This document shows, piece by piece, positions 9,648 to 16,602 of a stretch of DNA of 64,000 bases (within the stretch, counting starts at the first letter, position 1; the number at the start of each line of letters is the position of its first letter). Both the position numbers and the translations under genes were made by a program. The notes below the pieces were generated by a model. The model had not been told where the DNA came from and did not search any database. It saw only the letters and a list, made by a program, of their open reading frames with translations. Source of the DNA: Gemmatimonadota bacterium (GTDB taxonomy: Bacteria; Gemmatimonadota; Gemmatimonadetes; Longimicrobiales; Gaopeijiaceae); assembly GCA_007130605.1 (NCBI GenBank), contig SLSF01000032.1, positions 3,482-67,481 on the forward strand, written 5' to 3'.

Positions 9648-9860
9648 CGTTTCCGCTACAACCAGACATCGCTCGCCTCCGCCTCCGGCGCATGGGGACG
9701 GGATCCCGGGATCCTGGTGGCGTAAACGCTACACAGCCTCGCTCCCTCCCCCAGCCTCCCACCCATGGGGATCGACGTGCACCGATGGTTGTAGCGTATT
9801 CGCTACCACTTCATCGCGGCCCGCTCCCCCGTTACACTTGAATTGGGACGCAGCCCCGTA
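9643..9860. repeat. Tandem array of three ~74-bp units, each headed by an 18-bp TGTAGCG-N4-CGCTACA palindrome
   Basis: The palindromes are 9643-9660 TGTAGCG-TTTC-CGCTACA (it contains the fbpB TAG stop), 9716-9733 GGTGGCG-TAAA-CGCTACA (degenerate left arm) and 9790-9807 TGTAGCG-TATT-CGCTACC. The tails of units 1 and 2 share TCGCTC..CCTCC..CATGGGGA blocks. Confidence 0.8.
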
Positions 9861-9890
9861 CGCACGCCACCATCACCGGGAGGCAATGCC

Positions 9891-10739
9891 ATGTTCGAGA
9901 AGGTCCTCGTCGCCATGGATCTCACCCCTGCCAGCGAGGCCCTTGTGGCCAAGCTCCCCGAGTTCGCTGATTTCGGAACCCGGGAATTCCACCTTCTCCA
10001 TGTGGCGCGGCCGGTCGCCTATCCGGTCTCTGCCTCCCTCTCGGCCATCGATGGGATCCGGGAGCGGCTGGGGATTCTCCGACAGACCCTCGAGGAGAAG
10101 GGGTTTTCCGTGGAGGTCTCGGTCGCCACGGGAGCACCGGCCCCCAAGATCTGCGAGTACGCCGAGGATCGGGGGATCGACGCCATTCTCGTGGGCTCCC
10201 GCTCCCGGAACCGGGTTCAGGAGGCCTTCGTGGGGAGCGTGGCATGGGAGATCGTCCGCCGCACCCGGGTCCCGGTCATTCTTCAGCGGATCGAGCCATC
10301 CCGTCCGGACCCCGAGGCGGCCCTCAATGTGCGGGGCACGGGTCTCCCGAACCGGATCCTCCACCCAACCGACTTCTCCGACCTGGCGGAGCGGGCCTTC
10401 CACTGGGTGGAGAGCATGGTGGAGTTCGGGATCCCCGCCTTCACCCTGCTCCATGTGCACCCTGTCGGTGACGAGGTGGCACGCAGCGAGGCGAAGATCC
10501 TCCTGGAAGCCCGTGCCGAGCGGCTGAAGCGGAATGGCGCCAACGAAGTGGAGGTCCGGATCCGGGGCGGGGAGCCCGCCGAGGAGATCCTCAACGCCGG
10601 AGCCCGGGACCCGGATCAGCTCGTCATCATGGGGACCCATGGACGGGGCTTCCTTCCTGAAATCGTCCTGGGAAGCGCGAGTCGCCAGGTGGTCCGTCAG
10701 GCGGTGGCCCGGGTTCTTCTGATCCCCGCGGTACAGTAG
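9891..10739 (+). CDS. Universal stress protein, tandem UspA domains
   Basis: Two USP repeats are present (MFEKVLVAMD...ILVGSRSRN...GSVAWEIVRRTRVPVIL and ILHPTDFSD...LVIMGTHGRG...GSASRQVVRQAVARVLLI). A GGGAGG ribosome-binding site precedes the ATG at 9891. Confidence 0.85.
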   Translation: MFEKVLVAMDLTPASEALVAKLPEFADFGTREFHLLHVARPVAYPVSASLSAIDGIRERLGILRQTLEEKGFSVEVSVATGAPAPKICEYAEDRGIDAILVGSRSRNRVQEAFVGSVAWEIVRRTRVPVILQRIEPSRPDPEAALNVRGTGLPNRILHPTDFSDLAERAFHWVESMVEFGIPAFTLLHVHPVGDEVARSEAKILLEARAERLKRNGANEVEVRIRGGEPAEEILNAGARDPDQLVIMGTHGRGFLPEIVLGSASRQVVRQAVARVLLIPAVQ

Positions 10740-10758
10740 GACCCTCCGGCACCCTGCA

Positions 10759-12834
10759 TCAGTGAACCGGGGGCGCCTCGTCCTCTCCGGGGGGCGGCAC
10801 GTCCTGCCCGGGACCGGCGGGGTCAACGCCCACTGCGGCCCGGGCCCGATCGAGCACCGTTCCCGGATCGAACGGAGGCACCAGGAGGGGGATCTCATCC
10901 GGAGAACCCGCTTCGCCCTCGGATTCCGGGGCCACCGAGTCCTCGGCGCGTCCCTGGGAGGCCTCCCCATCCACCAGGAGTACGGGGAGGCCGGGAACGA
11001 AGAGTCTGCCCCGCTCCGCGAGCTCGGCACCGGTCCGACCTCCCTCGAGCCGGGATCCGGCCACGAGGAGTGCCACATCGCCGCCCCGTCGCTGCAGGAG
11101 CCGGTCCACCTCCACACCGGAGTCGCAGCGGAGCGCATGGAAGCCTCCCCGCTGGAGGATACGGGCCAGGAGCCTCGAGAGATCGGTGTCGTCCTCCACC
11201 ACGAGGGCCACCGGTCGTCCCTCCACCTCGGGGGTGGCCTGTGCGCCCTCCGGGAGGAGGGGCATCGAGTCCGGTCCCACCGGAAGGTTGAGCACGAAGC
11301 GGGTTCCCTCGCCCGGGGTGGAGACGACGTCGACCCACCCGCCATGTCCTTCCACCACGGCCTGGACGAAGGGAAGTCCCCCTCCCTTCCGCACCCCTCG
11401 TCTCACGTCGTGGCGCTCATCCCGCTCCCTCCACCTCGAGTAGAAGGGTTCGAAGATCCAGGGGAGATCCTCGGCCGAGATGCCGTGTCCCGTGTCCTCC
11501 ACCACGATCCGGACTGCACGCGATTCGCGGCCGGGATCCCCCGGTTGGACACCGACCCGGACCCGGGCTCCTTCGTCGGATGCCTTGCGGGCGTTGTCCA
11601 CCAGGTGTTCGACGGCCCGCTCCAGCAGGGTCCGGTTGGCCTGGATCCGCACCGGCGCCGATGCGGGCGAAAGGAGGAGCCGGACCTGGTCTCCCGCCAC
11701 ACGGCCCAGGCGGGTCGCCAGTTCGCCGAGAAAGGCATTGAGCTCGATGGGTGTCCGGCCCCGGGCATGGTCCTCGCTCCAGTCGAGGAAGTCGAGGAGC
11801 CGACTCCGGATCCGCTCGGAGAGTTCCCGGGCTTCCTGGAGGGGCGAGGGCTCGTCACCTGCCTCCTCTTCGAGGGCATCCAGGAGCCCGAGGTACCCGT
11901 GCTGCACCGAGAGGAGTCGCTCCAGGTCCGACGCCAGCTCGATCCCGAGGAGCCCGGCTCCCTCCATCTCCCGCAGGCGTCGGACCCGCATCTCCATCCG
12001 GCGTCCGGAGGGGGCGGCCTCGACCTCTGATCGAGTGGAAGTGATCTCCTCCCCTGCGCCTCTCGGTGGGTCGTGCGACGTCGCAGCGGCAGACCCCCGC
12101 GAGGCCGGAACCTCGTCACCCGGTCCCGGTTCGGAAAGGGCGGTCGGGTCCGAGTGGAGGGGCGACGCCTCGGTCCCCCGGACGGTCACCTCGGCAGCCT
12201 GGGAGATCGGCTCGGAATCTCTGGCCGGGGAGCCCGCCGGTCCTGTGGAACTCACCCGAGGGTCGGAGCGGGAAGAGGGATGATCCGGCCCTGCCCCGTC
12301 TTCGTCCCAGATCCGTGTCACCTGGTGGGCGAACGCGACCGCGCGGGCTCGATCGTCGTCGTTCCACTCCCGGGGTCCGGTGGTGGTCTCCAATGCGAAG
12401 AACCCCCGGAGAATCCCGTTGGGTCGAATGGGCACCGCGAGAATCGCCCGGATTCCCTCCCCTTCCAGGTAACGGGCGAGCGCGGGACGCGCCGGAGGCG
12501 CTCCTTCTTTCCCCTCCATGGAGAGGAAGGTCAGGCGATCGAGGAGGAGGGCGGCATGCCGTCCGAAGGCATCGGGGTACTTGACCCCCTCCTCGTGACG
12601 CCCTTCACCTCGCAGATACCGGGTGAGACAGACCGGTGACGTCCCATCCGGCTCGATCCGCCAGACCCCCGCACGGTCACAGAGGAAGACCCGGGTGGCC
12701 TCCCGGGTCAGACGCCGGATCGGCCCGAGGACGCTGGAACTGGGTTCTGGACGGGAGAGTCCACCTCCGGCCCGTTCCACCACCACCGGAGCCGCAGGGC
12801 CCACACCGAGACGCCGAAAGAGCTCGGGGCTCAC
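10759..12834 (-). CDS. Cytoplasmic hybrid sensor histidine kinase (GAF, HisKA-like, HATPase_c and receiver domains)
   Basis: Has an N-terminal GAF-like domain and an ATPase G-boxes region (VEDTGHGISAEDLPWIFEPFYS...GGGLPFVQAVVEGHGGWVDVVSTPGEGTRF). A C-terminal receiver follows (VALVVEDDTDLSRLL...). No TM segment is visible. Confidence 0.85.
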   Translation of the reverse strand: MSPELFRRLGVGPAAPVVVERAGGGLSRPEPSSSVLGPIRRLTREATRVFLCDRAGVWRIEPDGTSPVCLTRYLRGEGRHEEGVKYPDAFGRHAALLLDRLTFLSMEGKEGAPPARPALARYLEGEGIRAILAVPIRPNGILRGFFALETTTGPREWNDDDRARAVAFAHQVTRIWDEDGAGPDHPSSRSDPRVSSTGPAGSPARDSEPISQAAEVTVRGTEASPLHSDPTALSEPGPGDEVPASRGSAAATSHDPPRGAGEEITSTRSEVEAAPSGRRMEMRVRRLREMEGAGLLGIELASDLERLLSVQHGYLGLLDALEEEAGDEPSPLQEARELSERIRSRLLDFLDWSEDHARGRTPIELNAFLGELATRLGRVAGDQVRLLLSPASAPVRIQANRTLLERAVEHLVDNARKASDEGARVRVGVQPGDPGRESRAVRIVVEDTGHGISAEDLPWIFEPFYSRWRERDERHDVRRGVRKGGGLPFVQAVVEGHGGWVDVVSTPGEGTRFVLNLPVGPDSMPLLPEGAQATPEVEGRPVALVVEDDTDLSRLLARILQRGGFHALRCDSGVEVDRLLQRRGGDVALLVAGSRLEGGRTGAELAERGRLFVPGLPVLLVDGEASQGRAEDSVAPESEGEAGSPDEIPLLVPPFDPGTVLDRARAAVGVDPAGPGQDVPPPGEDEAPPVH

Positions 12835-12910
12835 CGGTTCACTCCATTGGAGCGGTGGGCCGGGCGCGGTGCGCGGGGGATGGAGCGCATTGGAGGCATG
12901 GGGAGAAAGA

Positions 12911-13333
12911 TCAAGGTTCGGCTTCGGGGTCCAGTGTCTCGCAGTCCTTCGCTGGGTGGTTCGGTGCGTTGAGGCTCTCCAGAAAGCGTCGGTCCGATGG
13001 CGCCAGTTCGAGGGCGAGGGCTTCGGTGCGGGTGACCCACCTCAACTCCACATGCTCCAGGGCCCGGGGGGTGCCTTCGATCTCGGCGCTCCGGAACCGG
13101 ATCTCGAAAGGCGACCCCGGATCGCGGATCGCCGCCTCGACCTCCCGGCTCCGAAGCAGGCGTACCCCCAGTTCCTCTTGCAGTTCGCGTGCCAGTGCCG
13201 CCGTCTCACCCTCCCCCTCGGCGACCTTTCCCCCGGGAAATTCCCAGAGTCCCCCATGCCGCTTCCGGAGGGGGCGGCGAGCCAGAAGGAAGGTGTCGCC
13301 CTTCCGGATCACTGCCGCCACCACCGGTATCAT
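12911..13333 (-). CDS. mutT: NUDIX hydrolase (MutT-like 8-oxo-dGTP diphosphatase)
   Basis: The Nudix box GGKVAEGEGETAALARELQEELGV matches GX5EX7REUXEEXGU. Confidence 0.8.
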   Translation of the reverse strand: MIPVVAAVIRKGDTFLLARRPLRKRHGGLWEFPGGKVAEGEGETAALARELQEELGVRLLRSREVEAAIRDPGSPFEIRFRSAEIEGTPRALEHVELRWVTRTEALALELAPSDRRFLESLNAPNHPAKDCETLDPEAEP

Positions 13334-13341
13334 CCCATCGT

Positions 13342-14874
13342 TCAGCGGTAGATCGCCGGTTCACCGGCGGGAGGAATGGAGGCCTCGATGAATTCGCGAA
13401 TATGGCGATTCGAACTCTCCAGGTCCTCCTGCCGTAGGTACATCATGTGCCCCGATCGGTAGGTTTCGAAGCGGAAGCGATCCTGGAGCTTCCCCGAGGG
13501 ATCCATATTCCACATGGTGTATTTTGCCGAGAAGTAGTCCGTTCCGCCATCATAGTACCCCGCCTGGATCATCACATTGAGGAAGGGATTCTGTGCCATC
13601 GCCGTCCGGAGGTTCTCTCCCGTGTTGTCAGGCGAGCGGGACCAGGGCGAGGTGGGCCCGAAGATGAAGTAGCGGAGATCGGTCTCCACCCCCAGCTCGT
13701 CGCGGAGGTACATGTTGATGGCGGGAGTGAAGGCATGGTTCCATGCCGTGAGGGCCGGATCGAAGTCGTACGAGGTCCCGGCATCGGATCGGTCGACCCC
13801 CTTGTAGCGCGCGTCGAGGCGCCCCACGGTCTGACCGCGGTCACGAAGGAGCTCCTTCCGCCACGCACCCACACCGGGCGCCAGGTTGTTCTGGAGCACG
13901 AAGTCCACACTGGTGCCCGAGTAGCGGGCCACCGCCTCGGCCATCTCCATCCGGTCGGCCTCGGGGAGGAAGCCACCCCGAACCAGGGCCGGGAGGTACT
14001 CTTCGATGGTGAATTCCTCCACCTCGTGGAGCCACTCGTCGAGATCCCGGTTCTGAAGCGAGGGCTCGAGGGCGTCATGGTACCAGGCCGTCGCCGCGTA
14101 ATGGGGGAGGTAGAGGGCCTGACTCACCGGTCCTCCTGCGCTCACACCCATCCCGGTGGGCGAGACCAGGATCACGCCGTTCAGATACATCCAGTGGGCT
14201 CCCTGGAGCCGCCCGGCGAGCCCTGCGACCCGGTTTGTCCCATAGCTCTCTCCCTTCAGGAACTTGGGGCTCTCCCAACGTGCCTGCCGGTTCACGAAGG
14301 TCTCGATCCAGCCGGCCAGGTAGTTGATGTCTTCGTAGACCCCGAAGAACTGCGAGGCGTCGACGCCGGGGAGTGGACGCGAGAACCCGGTGTTGACGGG
14401 GTCGATGTAGACGATGTCGGCCACGTCGATAATGGAGTGCGGATTGTCCGAAAATCCATAGGGCTGCACCGGAAAGCCCTCGTCATCGATTTCCAGGAAG
14501 ACCGGTCCCGTGTACCCGATGTGCATCCAGACCGACGCCGATCCCGGTCCCCCGTTGAAGGAGAAGACGAGGGGGCGCCGACTCACATCCTCCACATCGC
14601 TCCGCTCGTAGTAGGTGTAGTAGACCGAGGCGATGGCCTCGCCATCGCCATCCCAGACGGGCTGGAATCCTGCGGTCACCCGGTACGGGATGGTCTCGCC
14701 CAGCACTTCCACCGTGCTCTCGCTGGTAAAGGTGGTATCGGTGGGGATGAGCACATCCTGCGCCGTCAGGGGCGCGCCCAGAAGAAGGGTCGCGCCGGCG
14801 AGGGCGACGACGATGGCGCCACGGTGCCGGACCGTCGCGAACGCCGTCCGGACCCGGGAATGGGGGTGATTCAT
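13342..14874 (-). CDS. Secreted serine carboxypeptidase, S10 family
   Basis: Contains FSFNGGPGSASVW and the GESYG nucleophile motif (LKGESYGTNR). The start at 14874 (MNHPHSRV...) provides a signal peptide ending in LTAQ. The upstream 92 codons of the listed ORF look non-coding. Confidence 0.8.
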   Translation of the reverse strand: MNHPHSRVRTAFATVRHRGAIVVALAGATLLLGAPLTAQDVLIPTDTTFTSESTVEVLGETIPYRVTAGFQPVWDGDGEAIASVYYTYYERSDVEDVSRRPLVFSFNGGPGSASVWMHIGYTGPVFLEIDDEGFPVQPYGFSDNPHSIIDVADIVYIDPVNTGFSRPLPGVDASQFFGVYEDINYLAGWIETFVNRQARWESPKFLKGESYGTNRVAGLAGRLQGAHWMYLNGVILVSPTGMGVSAGGPVSQALYLPHYAATAWYHDALEPSLQNRDLDEWLHEVEEFTIEEYLPALVRGGFLPEADRMEMAEAVARYSGTSVDFVLQNNLAPGVGAWRKELLRDRGQTVGRLDARYKGVDRSDAGTSYDFDPALTAWNHAFTPAINMYLRDELGVETDLRYFIFGPTSPWSRSPDNTGENLRTAMAQNPFLNVMIQAGYYDGGTDYFSAKYTMWNMDPSGKLQDRFRFETYRSGHMMYLRQEDLESSNRHIREFIEASIPPAGEPAIYR

Positions 14875-15137
14875 GGCCTGCTCCTGACTCCTCCGCCGGT
14901 CCTCTGCGGACCGACCGGTCGAATGGTTCGTGGTAGATGATGTCCTGCGAAGGAGAGTGCGACAGGAGTGGCGCTGAAGCAAGGCCGTAGCGCACGAGCG
15001 CGAGGATCCGGGCGGGCGGGCGGATGGACCCCTGCGATCCCGGGTCGGTACTGAGACTGGCGCACCCGCGGGATCGGCTGGCGCTCTCACGGGGTCGGCG
15101 CTTACCCCATCCATCTCTCTCTTCCCCCTGGAGTCCC

Positions 15138-15887
15138 ATGGGCCCGGCACGACGACACCCCACCCCGCCGCGCTTCCTCCTGTCCCTCTCCGCCCTGCTC
15201 CTCCTGGGAATACTGGCAGGGTGCGAAGGCACGAACCTCTTCGAGGATCCTGTCACCGAACCGCCGCCCGAGGCGCCCGGCGACGAGGAACCGGAGGACC
15301 CGGACCTCCTCCGCTACATCGAGGAAGGAACCCTCATCGGCCGGGATGGCGATCGGCTGCGCTTCCGTTGGGAGACCCATGATCCCCTTCGGATCCACTA
15401 CTGGAACGACACCCCCCAGGGAGAGCGCGCCGCCGTCGACCGGGCACTGGAGGCAATTGCGGTCGACGGAATGCCTGCCACCTTCACCGTCGACACCGAC
15501 GGAGACATCGTGGTGCGGACCCTCCCTCCGGAGGAGTATCGGGAGGTCGATCCCACCCGTCCCTGGTCCCACAGCCGGACCTTCGTCACCGCCAACGAGA
15601 GCGAGGGGATCACCGAGGTGGAGATCTGGATCTCGCGGGAGCTCGACCAGCCCACCCTGGAACGGGCGGCGCTCCACGCCATCGGTCACGCCTTCGGGAT
15701 CATGGGTCACCCGTCCTTTCCCGGAGATCGGTACGTGATGGCCGCGCGCCCGGAAGAGGATGATGCGCCTCCGGTGACCTTCGCCCCCCTCGAGCGGGAC
15801 GCCTTCCGCTTCCTCTACTCACCCGAGGTGCAGGTGGGCATGACCCCCGACGAGCTGCGGGAAGCCTTTGCCCGCTGGACTCCCTGA
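15138..15887 (+). CDS. Lipoprotein with a metzincin-like motif that lacks the catalytic Glu
   Basis: Has a signal peptide and lipobox (LLLLGILAGCEG). The motif LHAIGHAFGIMGHPSF fits HxxxHxxG but has Ala where HExxH carries Glu. Confidence 0.6.
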   Translation: MGPARRHPTPPRFLLSLSALLLLGILAGCEGTNLFEDPVTEPPPEAPGDEEPEDPDLLRYIEEGTLIGRDGDRLRFRWETHDPLRIHYWNDTPQGERAAVDRALEAIAVDGMPATFTVDTDGDIVVRTLPPEEYREVDPTRPWSHSRTFVTANESEGITEVEIWISRELDQPTLERAALHAIGHAFGIMGHPSFPGDRYVMAARPEEDDAPPVTFAPLERDAFRFLYSPEVQVGMTPDELREAFARWTP

Positions 15888-16062
15888 TCGCCCCTGCCGG
15901 CGGCCCGACGCAGATCCGGAGGCGCACCCCTTCGGCCCAACGGACCCCTCGTCCGAACGGAGGAGTACTGGCCCCGCACCGTAACGAGGTGTACATAGAA
16001 GGATCGGTTCTTGCGGCCGGGGCCCGACCCTGCCCGCCCCCTTCCCCCCAGCCCACCCATCG

Positions 16063-16602
16063 ATGCTCTCCTCCACTGCTCGCTCCGCTGTGCTCCTCGG
16101 GCTCCTCTTCGTTCTCCCCGGGGGCCCAGCACCCCTCGCGGCCCAGGGAGCGCCGGAGGAGGGTTCGGGAGCCGGTCCCGGTCTCCACGGCGAGGTCGTG
16201 GCCGGACAGACCGCCATCACCGGTTCGGTACACCGCTTCGGCGGCGTCCACGCCTCCTTCACCGGCGAACGATGGGGCGCCGGGGCCCAGCTTCAGGTGG
16301 GGTCCGGGAGTGGATTCTCCTCCACCTACTTCACCGGGGGCCCCTCCATCCGGATCCCCATGCACCCCCGGGCGGACCTCCAGGTCATGGCGGGCTTCGG
16401 ATACTACGGTGAATCGGTGGATGCGTCGGGCCGCTCCGGCTCGGTGTTCGGTCCCGCGGCATCGGCCCTGGTGCGCATCCCCACCGGTCCCCTGCATGTA
16501 GCGGTTGGACTCACCGGGTGGTATGCCGAGTACACCGACGAGATCGCGGTGAACCCGGTTCCCGCCGATGGCCTTCGCTTCTTCATTGGAGTCGGTCGAT
16601 GA
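16063..16602 (+). CDS. Small secreted beta-rich protein (possible OM barrel), hypothetical
   Basis: Has a signal peptide (LLGLLFVLPGGPAPLAAQ), a Gly/aromatic-rich alternating sequence, and ends LRFFIGVGR. Its stop overlaps the next gene's start (ATGA). Confidence 0.5.
   Translation: MLSSTARSAVLLGLLFVLPGGPAPLAAQGAPEEGSGAGPGLHGEVVAGQTAITGSVHRFGGVHASFTGERWGAGAQLQVGSGSGFSSTYFTGGPSIRIPMHPRADLQVMAGFGYYGESVDASGRSGSVFGPAASALVRIPTGPLHVAVGLTGWYAEYTDEIAVNPVPADGLRFFIGVGR

Noticed and set aside
9643-9860. CRISPR array hypothesis for the regularly spaced (~73-74 bp) palindromic repeats
   Set aside because: There are only three units, and the conserved repeat core is 18 bp, below the usual CRISPR repeat length. 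The inter-repeat segments are homologous to each other instead of being unique spacers. No cas genes are in the window.
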